From sequence record NZ_CP010801.1: a stretch of DNA of 64,000 bases, one strand, 5' to 3'. The notes beneath the pieces are model-generated. The model saw nothing but the letters and a program-made list of their open reading frames with translations. It had not been told where the DNA came from and did no database searches. Below, piece by piece: positions 19,700 to 32,323 of the stretch. Each line of letters opens with the position of its first letter. The stretch's first letter is position 1. The position numbers were made by a program, and so were the translations under genes. The stretch comes from a plasmid.

Positions 19700-20076
19700 C
19701 TCCGACTACCCACTGGCTCTAGAGTCTATGGCTCGAATTTTCGAGCGGTTGTTTCCTCTCTGTTTATGGCCTGGCATCGACGGCATTAAACGAGTCGAAA
19801 ACAGAATCTACGCGTGTCAGCAGTTTGCAATCCAGTCAGGCTTTGAAGTTAAACGGTCGTCCACGACAGGCAGCAATCGGCCAACAGCGGCCGTTTTAGA
19901 GTAGGGAAAATAAATCCCCTTTTCTGCTGTCTACGCTTCGCAGCGCCGGTTACCCGGTCACCACGCAAGACTCGCTTCCGGTCGGTGGCTAACCTTTACC
20001 GGGCGGGGGTCATACCCGCTGGGTTTCTTACGCCATTTCGTGACGGCTTGCGCCGTCATTCCCAGGCGACCAAGCT

Positions 20077-20268
20077 TTGCCTGGCGCACATAAATCAGTC
20101 CCCTTTTTCTCTTTGCGCAGCAATGGCGTCGATCCTTCGCGCCTGCAAACCTTTGGTGCAGGCTCCAGCTCGCCCATTGCCCCCAACGACACCGCCGAGG
20201 GTCGCGCCCAAAATCGCCGCGTTGAAATCAAACTGGTGCCCCGTAGCGGCGCTGTAGCTCAAGGGTAA
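20077..20268 (+). pseudogene. OmpA-family C-terminal remnant
   Basis: Only the C-terminal ...NDTAEGRAQNRRVEIKLV motif is present; upstream sequence is not coding. Confidence 0.3.
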
Positions 20269-20682
20269 TGGTGCCTTGGTGCTCTTTTCGTCGGATGCCC
20301 AGCTATCTTTTAATGGGTTACGGGCGATTTGCAGTGGGCTCCAAAACCTGGCCTCAGGAGGTGCAAGCTCCCGTGGCACCGGCTTTGGACTGGGCAGACC
20401 AATACGCCGGCCCATAAGCCCATAAGGATCCCGGCCTCGGCCGGGTTCTTTATGCCCGCTTCGCGGGCTTGAGCCCAGAAGGGAGCGGCGTGCGCCGGAT
20501 TCGCATCTGCCAGCCAGTACGCAGCCCGTTTGGAACTCAGTTGATCCGTCTTTTTCAACGGTTTAACAGCCAAATCAATACGTTCACAAGTACACTCGCC
20601 ACCCTAGGGATGGTGAAGCATCCACGAGCGGTACTAGAATTTTCAGCTTTTCGGTGCCGCCGCACGAATTCAAGGGGCAAGC

Positions 20683-21309
20683 ATGGATTACGAACAACTG
20701 CCGAGGGCCGCCTTGGTCCGTATGCTGCAGGAGCATGATGCGGCGCTTGCCGATGCTGGCAAGAATGGCATCGTTATGAGTTACACCGGGCGGGCTGCTC
20801 CCTGGCAGATCATCCGCCAGGTCAAGCCGAAGCTGCATCGTATTATCAAGAAAGTATCCTTTGGAGAGGAAACCGCCCAGTCAGAGAATGAGATCTGGGA
20901 CGGTGAAAACCTTTCTGCGATGGTCACGCTCTATAAATATCGTGGTCAAGTTGATCTTGTAGTAACAGACCCGCCGTACAACACCGGCGAGGACTTCCGC
21001 TATAACGACAAGTGGGACAAGGATCCAAACGATCCAGATCTCGGCGATGTAGTTCCTAAAGATGATGGGTCCAAGCACAGCAAATGGTTGCGCTTCATGA
21101 CACCCAGAATCTGGATGATGCGTGAGATGCTAACCCCAGGCGGGGTTATGGCTATCTGTATTGATCATAGGGAACTATTTAGACTTGGCATGCTCATGGA
21201 CGAAATCTTCGGCGAAGAGAATCGCATTGGCATAATCAATTGGCAGAAAAGCTATTCACCTCGCAGTGATAATAAGGGGGCGGCGGCGAAAACTGAGTGC
21301 AACACCTGA
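20683..21309 (+). pseudogene. N6-adenine DNA methyltransferase (DPPY motif), 3'-truncated by an IS30-family insertion
   Basis: DLVVTDPPYNTGEDF motif; the ORF runs into the IS IR at 21293; only 208 aa remain; lower GC. Confidence 0.6.
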
Positions 21310-22377
21310 CCTTTCCGGTACGGTGCTGTCCCTATGTCTTATTCCGAACTCAGCGTTGAAGAGCGCGCCACCATTCAAATCGGTCATGCCCAAGGTTTCA
21401 GCCTGCGCGGGATTGCCTGCTTGATCAACCGATCCCCTTCGACCATCAGCCGGGAGCTGCGCCGCAATCGAGATGCCTGTGGCGGCTACTCGGCCCGCGT
21501 GGCCCAGCAGCAGATGCAGGCCCGCCGTCAGGTGTGTCGACCGAAGCAAAAGCTGTTGCCGGGTAGCGAGCGCTTCGAATTGGTGGCGCATATGCTGCGT
21601 GAGCGTTTGTCTCCCGAGCAGATTGCCGGCAAGCTGCGCAGCATGAATATTCCCAGCCTCAGAGATGCCTACGTCTGTCGCGAGACGATCTATAACGCGA
21701 TCTATGCCTTGCCAGTCGGCGAGCTGCGTAAAGAGCTGATCATCTGCCTGCGCCAAAGCAAGACGATGCGCAGGCCGCGCTCTGGCGGCGTGGATCGGCG
21801 CGGTCAGATCCCTGAGAGGGTCAGTATTCATGTACGTCCGCCGGAGATCGAAGACCGACTGATGCCAGGGCATTGGGAAGGCGACCTGATCAAGGGCAAG
21901 GCCAACGCCTCGTCTGTAGGTACGCTGGTGGAGCGCACCAGTGGCTACCTGATGCTGGTGAAGATGAACGACGCGACGGCGACCTCGGCGATGGAAGGCT
22001 TCAGTGCAGCGCTCAATGGCATGCCGCTGGCGATGCGCAAGAGCATGACCTACGACCAGGGCCGAGAAATGGCGCGGCATGCTGAAATCACCCAGCAGAC
22101 CGGGGTGGCGATTTACTTCTGCGACCCGCACAGCCCTTGGCAGCGCGGCAGTAACGAAAACATCAATGGCCTGATCCGCCAGTACCTGCCCAAAGGCACG
22201 GACTTGTCGGTGCATAGCCAGGAGGAACTGGATGCCATCGCACTGCAACTGAACATGCGCCCCCGTAAGCGCTTCGACTTCAAGTGTCCGATCGAGGTTA
22301 TGGACGAGGTGATGCAGGAAGCTATGGCTATGCGGCATGATGCTCCAGCTTCAATTCAATAACCGTGTTGCACTCAG
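21293..22377. mobile_element. IS30-family insertion sequence (~1.09 kb)
   Basis: Terminal inverted repeats CTGAGTGCAACAC at 21293-21305 and 22365-22377 flank a single IS30-family transposase gene. Confidence 0.75.
21334..22362 (+). CDS. IS30-family transposase
   Basis: N-terminal HTH (LRGIACLINRSPSTISRELRRN) and a DDE region (HWEGDLI...DQGREM...NENINGLIRQYLPKG). Confidence 0.85.
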   Translation: MSYSELSVEERATIQIGHAQGFSLRGIACLINRSPSTISRELRRNRDACGGYSARVAQQQMQARRQVCRPKQKLLPGSERFELVAHMLRERLSPEQIAGKLRSMNIPSLRDAYVCRETIYNAIYALPVGELRKELIICLRQSKTMRRPRSGGVDRRGQIPERVSIHVRPPEIEDRLMPGHWEGDLIKGKANASSVGTLVERTSGYLMLVKMNDATATSAMEGFSAALNGMPLAMRKSMTYDQGREMARHAEITQQTGVAIYFCDPHSPWQRGSNENINGLIRQYLPKGTDLSVHSQEELDAIALQLNMRPRKRFDFKCPIEVMDEVMQEAMAMRHDAPASIQ

Positions 22378-22398
22378 CTCCTGTAACCGCCCACTTTA

Positions 22399-23430
22399 AT
22401 GTCAGGAAGCTTAAGCTCTGTTAGTGTTTTGGCTATTCTCTCTCCTCTTGGAAGACTGGTTGAAAGAGCCAGGAATATTTCCAATAACCCATTAAGTCAA
22501 TCCCTCTACACTGGGCGCACCGATGAGTTTGGCCAAATAGAGTTTGCTTTACGAATGATGCAAGCTGAAACAGGCGCCATAGTAGGTCGCATAGGTGATG
22601 CATCAAATCGGCTTAGCGAACACACCCGAGGCCTACTAAAGGATATTGAGTCAAGCAATGTACTTACAGTTGAGCAGCAGGCAGAGACAGATCAAATAGC
22701 AACGGCAGTAAACCAAATGGCGGCAAGCATTCAAGAGGTTGCGAGCAATGCACAGCATGCTGCAGATGCGGCCGGAAGAGCAGACACTGAGACGGCATCT
22801 GGCCAGCGTCTGGTAGCCCACACAAGCCAGTCAATCACTGCCCTTGAAGGTGAAATTAGGCAAGCCGCTCAGGTTATTCATGAGCTTGAAGGTCAAAGTA
22901 ACGAGATATCAAAAGTTCTTGACGTTATACGAGGGATCGCCGAGCAAACGAATTTGTTGGCACTCAACGCAGCAATTGAGGCCGCGCGTGCTGGTGAGCA
23001 GGGGCGTGGTTTTGCTGTTGTCGCCGATGAGGTTCGCAGTCTTGCTGCTCGCACACAGCAATCGACAACGGATATTCAAAGCATGATCAGCGCTCTACAA
23101 GAGCGAGCGCAATCCGCTGTTACAGTCATGGAGCAAAGTAGTCGGCAAGCGCACACGAGTGTAGCTCACGCAGAGGAAGCAGCTACAGCTCTTGATGGAA
23201 TTGGCCAACGCGTTAACGAAATTACCGACATGAACGCGCAAATAGCGACTGCGGTCGAGCAGCAGGGAGCAGTAAGTGAAGACATAAACCGCAGTATTAT
23301 CAATATACGCGATGCTGCTGATACCAATGTACAGACCGGGCAGAATAATTTGCAAAGTGCGAAATCTGTCGCTCAGTTAACTAGCGCTCTGAGCGAACTG
23401 GCAAAACAGTTTTGGGAAAAACGAGGATAA
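22399..23430 (+). pseudogene. Methyl-accepting chemotaxis protein, signalling (MA) domain only, N-terminally truncated
   Basis: Conserved MCP core ([31 protein letters not shown]) with no sensor or TM part; lower GC; directly abuts the IS. Confidence 0.6.
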
Positions 23431-23502
23431 CGCTTTTCAGTATCTCGACAGGGATAACTATTCTTATCGTAATGGCCACATTGCTGCGCTAAACTGGCAG
23501 CC

Positions 23503-25224
23503 ATGAAACCGCGCCCGCCTTCCACCCTTACCCCACCTGACTTCCCGGACGCCGCCTCTGTCGCCGCGCTGCGCGCCTGGCATGCCGGGCTCGGCTCGCG
23601 GCAGGCGGTGGCGCAATATCTCGGAGATGACAGGGCGCATGGCCAGTCTTCACGCGCCATCCTCGGCCGCATCCGGCGCCAGCTGGCGGCGTTCGCACGG
23701 CAGCGCGGCCGCGACGATCTCGCCGCGCTGTTCGAAATCCCTGCGTCCGAACGCGCCGCGCAGGGCAGGGCGGCCGACCGCGCCATCGACCTCTTGCGCA
23801 CGCTGCCAGCCCCACGGCCATCGATTGCGGACGATATTGGCCATTGGCTGCCGGCGCGCGCGGTGGCTGCCTTGCGGGCCCATGGCATCGACACGCTGGC
23901 GGCGCTGACCGTGCGTATCCCAAGGCGCCGCCGGTGGTGGACCGCCATTCCAGGACTCGGCGCGCGCAGCGCCGCGCATATCGAGGCATTCTTCGCCGCC
24001 CACCCGGCGCTGACGGAACGCGCCCGCGCGCTGGTCGTGCAGGAGCGGCGCAGCGTGGTCGTGCCCTGGGAACAGCTGCGGCTGCCACAAGAGGTCGATG
24101 GCTCGCAAGGGCGCTTTCGCGCGCCGCGGCAGACCTGCACGCTGACGGCCGACAATGACTACGAGGCAGTACAGGCCTGGCTGGCGCTGCATGAATCGCC
24201 AGCGACGCAACGCACCTACCGCAAGGAAGCCGAACGCCTGATCCTGTGGGCCATCGTCGAGCGGCAGCGGCCCCTGTCATCGTTGACCACCGAGGACGCC
24301 GTTGCGTACCGCGCCTTCCTGCGCCGCCCGACGCCTCGGGATCGCTGGGCAGGCCCGCCGCGCTCGCGCACGTCGCCGGAATGGCGGCCTTTTACCGGCG
24401 CACTATCGGCCCGGTCGGTCGCGCACGCGCTCTCCATCGTCGGGGCCATGTTCCGCTGGCTGGCGCAGCAGCGGTATGTCCTGGCCAATCCATTCGCGGG
24501 CATCAAGGTCCGGGGCGGTGGCCGCACCGCCGCGCTGGATGGCTCCCATGCCTTCAGCGAAGGCGAGTGGCGGCTCGTCCGGACCATCGCCGATGGACTG
24601 GAGTGGTCCTATGGGTGGGAAGCCGCCGCCGCGCAGCGCCTGCGTTTCGTGCTGGATTTCGGTTATGCGACAGGGCTGCGGGCGAGCGAACTCGTCGCCG
24701 CCAGGCTGGGCGATATCGGCGCCGACCGCGAGGGCGACGAATGGCTCCAGCTGACGGGGAAGGGCGGGCGTAGCGGCAAGGTGGCCCTGCCGCCGCTGGC
24801 GAGAACGGCTCTGGAGCGCTACCTGACAGAGCGCGGATTGCCCGTCAGCCGGCGCCTGTGGCGCCCGGACACGCTGCTGGTCGGCGGCCTGGGGGGCCTC
24901 GGGGGCCTCGGGGGTCTGACCGACACGCCGGACGCCGGCATCACGACCACCCGGCTTGGACATATCGTCAAGCGGTTCTTCCTGCTGGCCGCCGATGTCA
25001 TCGGCGCCGATCATCCGACGGCGGCAGAGAAGCTAAGGCGCGCCAGTCCGCACTGGATGCGGCATACGCACGCCACACATGCGCTGGCGCGTGGCGTGGA
25101 CCTGACCATCGTGCGGGACAATCTGCGGCATGCGTCGGTGTCGACGACGTCGGTCTATCTGCACAGCGATGAGGTAAAGCGGGCTCGGCAGATGGGGCAG
25201 GCGTTTGCCGCCGCCATCCCCTGA
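23503..25224 (+). CDS. Tyrosine recombinase with a long DUF3701-like N-terminal extension
   Basis: C-terminal catalytic HWMRHTH and VSTTSVYLH; shares the TYRKEAERLILWAI segment with the 13757 paralogue; contains a (GGL)4 repeat. Confidence 0.7.
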   Translation: MKPRPPSTLTPPDFPDAASVAALRAWHAGLGSRQAVAQYLGDDRAHGQSSRAILGRIRRQLAAFARQRGRDDLAALFEIPASERAAQGRAADRAIDLLRTLPAPRPSIADDIGHWLPARAVAALRAHGIDTLAALTVRIPRRRRWWTAIPGLGARSAAHIEAFFAAHPALTERARALVVQERRSVVVPWEQLRLPQEVDGSQGRFRAPRQTCTLTADNDYEAVQAWLALHESPATQRTYRKEAERLILWAIVERQRPLSSLTTEDAVAYRAFLRRPTPRDRWAGPPRSRTSPEWRPFTGALSARSVAHALSIVGAMFRWLAQQRYVLANPFAGIKVRGGGRTAALDGSHAFSEGEWRLVRTIADGLEWSYGWEAAAAQRLRFVLDFGYATGLRASELVAARLGDIGADREGDEWLQLTGKGGRSGKVALPPLARTALERYLTERGLPVSRRLWRPDTLLVGGLGGLGGLGGLTDTPDAGITTTRLGHIVKRFFLLAADVIGADHPTAAEKLRRASPHWMRHTHATHALARGVDLTIVRDNLRHASVSTTSVYLHSDEVKRARQMGQAFAAAIP

Positions 25225-25253
25225 GTCCATCAGACCATCAGGCCATCAGGCCA

Positions 25254-25868
25254 TCAGGCCCGGGCTGCCACCAGTGTCCCTGCGCCGATCAGCGTCAGGC
25301 CTCCCACGCGCTGGACGTTCGCCTGCGCTCGGGCACTGGTCAGCCGCGTCGCCAGCGATCGCGCCAGCAGCGCATAGATGGCGGCATTGGCCGCCGCCAT
25401 GATCACGAAGGTCGGGATCAGAATGCCGGCCTGAGGCAGGAACGAACGGCTGGCATCAATAAACTGGGGAGCGAACGCAACGAAGAAGACGATGCTCTTC
25501 GGATTCAGCGCCGTTACCAGCCACGCCTTGCCGAAGCGCTGTAACGGACGGCCCTCGCTCACCGGTACCTGGCTTGCGCCGCTTCGCGCGGCGCTCCGCA
25601 GCGCCTGGACGCCAAGATAGATCAGATAGGCGGCGCCGGCCCACTTCAATGCGGTGAACAGTGTGGCGGAGGTCGCCAGGACCGCGCCCAACCCGGCCAT
25701 TGACAGGGTAAAGGCCGTGAGATCGCCCGCGGCAACACCCGCCACGGTGGCGAACGCCGACTTGCCGCGGTGGGCCAAGGCATCGCCGATCACCAGCAGG
25801 ATCGTCGGTCCTGGAATCGCCAGTATCACGACACTGGTCAGCACAAACGCAATCCAATGTTCGAACGA
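25254..25868 (-). CDS. LysE/RhtB-family amino-acid exporter
   Basis: 204 aa, six hydrophobic segments; start at MSFEHWIAFVL. Confidence 0.7.
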   Translation of the reverse strand, partial: SFEHWIAFVLTSVVILAIPGPTILLVIGDALAHRGKSAFATVAGVAAGDLTAFTLSMAGLGAVLATSATLFTALKWAGAAYLIYLGVQALRSAARSGASQVPVSEGRPLQRFGKAWLVTALNPKSIVFFVAFAPQFIDASRSFLPQAGILIPTFVIMAAANAAIYALLARSLATRLTSARAQANVQRVGGLTLIGAGTLVAARA

Positions 25869-26118
25869 CATCAAAGTCTCCCGTTGTTTCGGAACTGCGG
25901 CGAAAGCAGCGTCGCGCCAGCTTGGCGCACCGTGCGCGGCAGTCATGGTATCGGATTTCGGTCCCAACGGTCAGAGAAGACCCGAAGGCCCCTGCGCCCT
26001 GTGCCGGTGGCGAGCCTGACAAGTCGGTCTGGGGCTCACCACTGGCATGCATCCTGCGTTTGTCAGCCGCTCCGACGCGCATTGACGCACGTCGGCACGA
26101 TAACAACGAGGGGACGAT

Positions 26119-27453
26119 ATGGAGCTGCGTGGGAGCGCGAACTGGAGGAAACCACGGGCCCGTGGCCGGCTGTGGTGGCATCACGCCGTACTGTGCGTCG
26201 GTGGCACCCTGGTCGGCGGTGTCGCCACGCTATATGCCTGGCTGATCGACATCGGCCACCAGCTGTTTCTCGCGGCAAGCGCCCACGGGCCGTGGGTCAC
26301 CTTGCTGCTTTCGCCAGCACTGGGCGCACTCGCAGTCTGGCTCACACACCGCTATTTCGACGGTGCCGAAGGCAGTGGCATTCCACAGATCGTGGCCATC
26401 GTCAGCGGCGGCAATGGAACGGCTAAGCCGCGTCTGCTGCGGCCGGCGGTGATCGTCGGCAAGATCGGCCTGTCCTTTCTCGGCACGCTGGGCGGCTTCA
26501 CGCTCGGCCGCCAGGGCCCCACCGTCCATATCGGCGCCGCGCTGCTCGTCAGCCTCCGCCGGTGGCTCCCCGGGCTGTCCGGTCCAGCCGGCGCCCATCT
26601 CACCGCGCTCGATCGCCAGCTTGCCCTTGCCGGCGCGTCGGCCGGATTGTCGGCAGCGTTCTGCACGCCGCTGGCCGGCATTGCCTTCGCCATCGAGGAA
26701 CTGGCGCGCGGCATCCCGCCGCGCGGCAGCGCGGCGTTGATCGCGGTGGTGGTCTGTGCCGGCACCGTGGCGGGCGTGCTGCAAGGCGAGGGTCCGGCGC
26801 TCGGCATGATAGCGGCCGGCCCGTCGGCACCGTACCGCATGGCTGTCGCGGTCGTGACAGCGGGCGCGGTGGCCGGGCTGGCCGGCGCCGGCTTCTGTTG
26901 GCTGCTGGTTCACAGCGAGCGGTGGTTGCCGCCTCGGATACGCGGTCTGCGCGCGCAACGCCCTGCAATGTTCGGCGCGCTGTGCGGGCTGGGCGTTGCG
27001 CTCCTCGGGCTGGCGTCATCGGGAACCAGCCACGGCAGCGGGTACGGCGAAACGCGCGCGCTGCTGGCCGGCGACCTCGTGCTGCCGGCTGCGTATCCCT
27101 TCCTCAAGGGCCTGTCCTTGCTGCTGACCTGGCTGTCCGGCATTCCGGGCGGCCTGTTCGTGCCATCGCTGGCCATCGGCGCAGGGATCGGCAACCTGCT
27201 CCAATACACGATCGGGCAGGCACCTTTGCCGGTGTACGCGGCACTGGCGATGTGCGGCTATCTTGCCGCGGTGACGCAGCGCCCGGTCACGGCTTTCGTG
27301 GTGATGATCGAACTGGTGGGAGCGCGCGGCCTGACGATTCCGCTGATGGCTACCGCGTTGATCGCGGCCGGCGTATCGAGGATGGCGGTGCCGCCCTTGT
27401 ATGCAGCGCTGTCGGGGCGCTATGCGCCCGCGACAGCCACGGGCAGTATGTAA
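26119..27453 (+). CDS. ClC-family chloride/halide channel or H+/Cl- exchanger
   Basis: GSGIPQ selectivity motif (DGAEGSGIPQI) plus GREGP-like and GxFxP (GGLFVPS) motifs. Confidence 0.75.
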   Translation: MELRGSANWRKPRARGRLWWHHAVLCVGGTLVGGVATLYAWLIDIGHQLFLAASAHGPWVTLLLSPALGALAVWLTHRYFDGAEGSGIPQIVAIVSGGNGTAKPRLLRPAVIVGKIGLSFLGTLGGFTLGRQGPTVHIGAALLVSLRRWLPGLSGPAGAHLTALDRQLALAGASAGLSAAFCTPLAGIAFAIEELARGIPPRGSAALIAVVVCAGTVAGVLQGEGPALGMIAAGPSAPYRMAVAVVTAGAVAGLAGAGFCWLLVHSERWLPPRIRGLRAQRPAMFGALCGLGVALLGLASSGTSHGSGYGETRALLAGDLVLPAAYPFLKGLSLLLTWLSGIPGGLFVPSLAIGAGIGNLLQYTIGQAPLPVYAALAMCGYLAAVTQRPVTAFVVMIELVGARGLTIPLMATALIAAGVSRMAVPPLYAALSGRYAPATATGSM

Positions 27454-27539
27454 GAGGAAGTAGCGGGTGGCACGGCAGGCTGGATTGCCGCCGCCTCGCG
27501 CCCTCCCCGTCGGGAAGGGCGGAGGCCAGCGGCAGCCGC

Positions 27540-28226
27540 TCAAGCGCGATCCTGGCCTCGGACCCAATCGGCCAGCGTTTCCAGCGACTCGACCTGGACA
27601 TCCGGCCGCGCACCCAGCTCGTCGTAGGTGTTGCCCACGCGATTGATCCACGCCACCTGGTAACCGAAGTGCTTGGCCCCTGATGCGTCCCAGGCGTTCG
27701 ACGAGACGAACAGCATGTTGTCGCGCGCCAGGCCCATGGTCTTTTCGGGCAGCGCATAGACCTTGCCGTGCGGCTTGAACACTTCGACGTTATCGACGCT
27801 GATCAGATGGGCGAAGCGATCCTGCAGCCCCGCGTGGTGCACGACCGAATGAATCGACCGTACCGAGCCGTTGGACAGGATGGCCAGCGGAAGATCGAGC
27901 GCCTGAAGCATCGACAGGGCCGGCGGAGTATCCGGGTAGGGATTCAGCTTCAGGTACGCCTCGCACAACGCCGCGCGGTCCGGCGCCTGCAGCTGCAGCC
28001 CGAGATGGTTGCAGGTATAGACCAGCGCGTCCTCGGTGGCAGCCTCGAACGACAGGTACTGGCCCATCAGGCTGCGCAGCCAGGTGTATTCCAGTTGCTT
28101 CTGGCGCCACAGCACGCTGATCTCCAGTCCGCGTCCCGGATACAGGTCGCTGCAGCGGCCGGCTACCGAATGCACGTCGAACAGCGTGCCGTAGAGATCG
28201 AACACTACACCTTTGATTGCTTTCAT
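27540..28226 (-). CDS. L-2-haloacid dehalogenase (HAD superfamily, type II)
   Basis: N-terminal DxYGT nucleophile motif (VVFDLYGTLFDV), SNG motif and an FKP...D C-terminal HAD signature. Confidence 0.75.
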   Translation of the reverse strand: MKAIKGVVFDLYGTLFDVHSVAGRCSDLYPGRGLEISVLWRQKQLEYTWLRSLMGQYLSFEAATEDALVYTCNHLGLQLQAPDRAALCEAYLKLNPYPDTPPALSMLQALDLPLAILSNGSVRSIHSVVHHAGLQDRFAHLISVDNVEVFKPHGKVYALPEKTMGLARDNMLFVSSNAWDASGAKHFGYQVAWINRVGNTYDELGARPDVQVESLETLADWVRGQDRA

Positions 28227-28332
28227 CGTAAATCCCCAGTAATGGAGCGGGCAATGTGCCCGCGGGTCAGTCTTGCCCGCGCCGACCGTGGACGGCGCCG
28301 GCATGTACATGGATCGGGTGGAACCAGCGGGA

Positions 28333-29889
28333 TCAGTCCGCCGGCACAACAGGAGCCGGCGGAGCATCCGGCCTGGCCCCGGTATGCGCCTGGAAGACGA
28401 AGGCGTCGAAGCGGGCCTCGTGCTCGGCGCTGCGCCGGCTCAGCATCGTGCCAAGCCATGCGCCGAGGAAGCCGATCGGCATGCTCAGGATCGTTGGATT
28501 CACGATCGGAAACAGCGCCTGGTCCTTCAGGAACGCCGGGCCGAGAAACGCCAGCGCGACCGACGAAACCAGGCCCGCGGTGACGCCACCGATCACACCG
28601 GCGGTATTGAAGCGGCGCCAGAACATCGACAGCAGGATGATGGGGAAATTGGCCGACGCCGCGATCGCGATGGCCAGGATCACCAGCACGCCCACATTGA
28701 TGCCCTGCGCCAGCAGTCCCAGCGCGACCGCCAGCACGCCCACGCCCAACGTGGCGATGCGCGCGACGCGGACCTGCTGCTCTTCGCTGACCGCGCCCCG
28801 GCGAATCACATTCACATACAGGTCGTGCGCGATGGCGCCCGACGACGCGAGCGTGAGTCCGGCCACCACGGCGAGAATGGCGGCGAAGGCCACGGCACAG
28901 ATACATGCCAGGAAGAACTGGCCGCCGAAGGTGCCGGGACCGCCGCCGAGATGCTGCGCCAGCAGCGGCAGTGCCAGGTTGCCGCCCTTGTCGGCCGCGC
29001 GGATGGCGTCCTGTCCCACGAGGGTGGCCGACGCGAAGCCGATCAGCGTGGTGACCAGGAAGAAGCTGCCGGCCAGGAACATCAGCCACAGCACCGACTT
29101 GCGCGCTGTCCGCGCATCCGGCACGGTGTAGAAGCGCGTCATGATGTGAGGCAGGCCGGCGACGCCGAACATGAACGACAGGAACAGCGATAGCGGGTCC
29201 AGCGGATGCTTGAAGTAGCCGCCCGGCAACAGCATCTGCGCGCCATACTGCTGCTCCACCGAAGCGAACAGCCGCAGCGGGTCGTATTGGACAGCAGCCA
29301 GCAGCATCGCCACCAGCACGGCAGCCGCCGCGAGCAGCAGAACGGCCTTGATGATCTGCACCCACGTGGTGGCGATCATGCCGCCGAACAGCACATACAC
29401 GATCATCCCGACGCCAACCATGACCACGGCGGACTCGTACGAGATGCCGAGCATCAGCTTGATCAGGGCGCCGGCCCCTGCCATCTGCGGCACCATGTAT
29501 GCCAGGTTGACCACGAAGGTCCCGATGACCGCCGCGAGCCGCGCATGCCGGCTGCGCATGCGTTCGGCGATCACGTCGCCATAGGTGAACCTGCCGGTAT
29601 TGCGCACCGGCTCGGCCACCACCATCAGTACGATCAGGAAGGCTGCCAGCGCCGCCACCGCGTAGAGCGAGCCGTCCATGCCGTACAGCGAGATCAGGCC
29701 CGAGAAGCCCAGGAAAGCCGCCGCACTCATCCAGTCCCCTGCCAGGGCGAAGCCGTTGGCGCGGGCCGTCAGTTTCCCGCCGGCGGCGTAGAACTCGCTG
29801 GTGGTATTGGTGTGGCGGGCGGCCCACCACGTCACCGCCAGCGTCAGCGCGAGAATGCCGAGGAAGATTCCGATGGTCAGGGCTTTCAT
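28333..29889 (-). CDS. actP: ActP-like sodium:solute symporter (SSS family), likely a haloacetate/monocarboxylate permease
   Basis: 518 aa, multi-TM; ATGA overlap with the upstream DUF485 gene, as in yjcH-actP operons. Confidence 0.75.
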   Translation of the reverse strand: MKALTIGIFLGILALTLAVTWWAARHTNTTSEFYAAGGKLTARANGFALAGDWMSAAAFLGFSGLISLYGMDGSLYAVAALAAFLIVLMVVAEPVRNTGRFTYGDVIAERMRSRHARLAAVIGTFVVNLAYMVPQMAGAGALIKLMLGISYESAVVMVGVGMIVYVLFGGMIATTWVQIIKAVLLLAAAAVLVAMLLAAVQYDPLRLFASVEQQYGAQMLLPGGYFKHPLDPLSLFLSFMFGVAGLPHIMTRFYTVPDARTARKSVLWLMFLAGSFFLVTTLIGFASATLVGQDAIRAADKGGNLALPLLAQHLGGGPGTFGGQFFLACICAVAFAAILAVVAGLTLASSGAIAHDLYVNVIRRGAVSEEQQVRVARIATLGVGVLAVALGLLAQGINVGVLVILAIAIAASANFPIILLSMFWRRFNTAGVIGGVTAGLVSSVALAFLGPAFLKDQALFPIVNPTILSMPIGFLGAWLGTMLSRRSAEHEARFDAFVFQAHTGARPDAPPAPVVPAD

Positions 29890-30278
29890 GACTGGCTCCT
29901 GGCGTGGGCCTCGGCTGCGGCGCGATCCGCGAGTTCCTCGAAGCGTCGGTTGGCGGTGTTCACATACACGGTGGCGACCAGCCAGCACAGGGCGTAGATC
30001 AGCAGGATCAGCACGTACCCCACGTTCAGCGGTCCAAGCACCTTCCAGCCCATCAGCTCCCGGCCGTAACCGGCGAGTAGGGTGACGGCAAGGATGAAGG
30101 CCAGACTGCCGCCAAGCAGCGGCACGACCAGGCGCCGCTTGGCGCCGATCAGTTCGCGGAAGCTGTGCGTGTATGCCGCACCGCGCCACGGCGGACCCGA
30201 CGCGATAGCCTCTGGGGTGCGAGTCGTTTGCGCGACGTGCGCGGCCGGACAGACCGCGTCCTCCGATAGTTCGATCAT
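29886..30278 (-). CDS. DUF485 (YjcH-like) small membrane protein
   Basis: Two TM segments; genetic coupling to actP. Confidence 0.6.
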   Translation of the reverse strand: MIELSEDAVCPAAHVAQTTRTPEAIASGPPWRGAAYTHSFRELIGAKRRLVVPLLGGSLAFILAVTLLAGYGRELMGWKVLGPLNVGYVLILLIYALCWLVATVYVNTANRRFEELADRAAAEAHARSQS

Positions 30279-30615
30279 GGTTGTCTCCTGGATTGCGCCC
30301 GTTCAGGCGGGCGTGATTTGTTGGCGCCGCACAGCCGGCAGACGCGGCGTCCTGGCGCCGACGTCCCTTGAGCAAGCGGCATGCCGACGTGCGAGCCACG
30401 GCGCCCCGGCGCTGCCAATGCCCACGCGCGATCGAATCGCGGCACGGCCGCACGCTGGGCGCGCATGCCGGCCCGGTAACGCGAACCGCTTTTGACGGCG
30501 CCTGATTCAGATATGAATCAGCGGCGGGCGGGCGTGGCGGCTTTCGAACCCGCAACGACGTGGTGTAAGCTCGCCGCACGGCCCGACGGACAAGTGGCCT
30601 GGGGAAAACAAGCCA

Positions 30616-32319
<1,704 letters not shown>

Positions 32320-32323
32320 TCCC

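Noticed and set aside
19996-20040. GGGGTCATACCCGCTGGGTTTCTTACG... as a transposon terminal IR
   Set aside because: No inverted partner and no adjacent transposase. Retained only as part of the scar-region observation.
23373-24280. Minus-strand ORFs (23373..24155, 23528..24280) overlapping the 23503 recombinase
   Set aside because: Arg/Ala/Pro-rich antisense translations. The plus-strand frame carries the conserved tyrosine-recombinase catalytic motifs.
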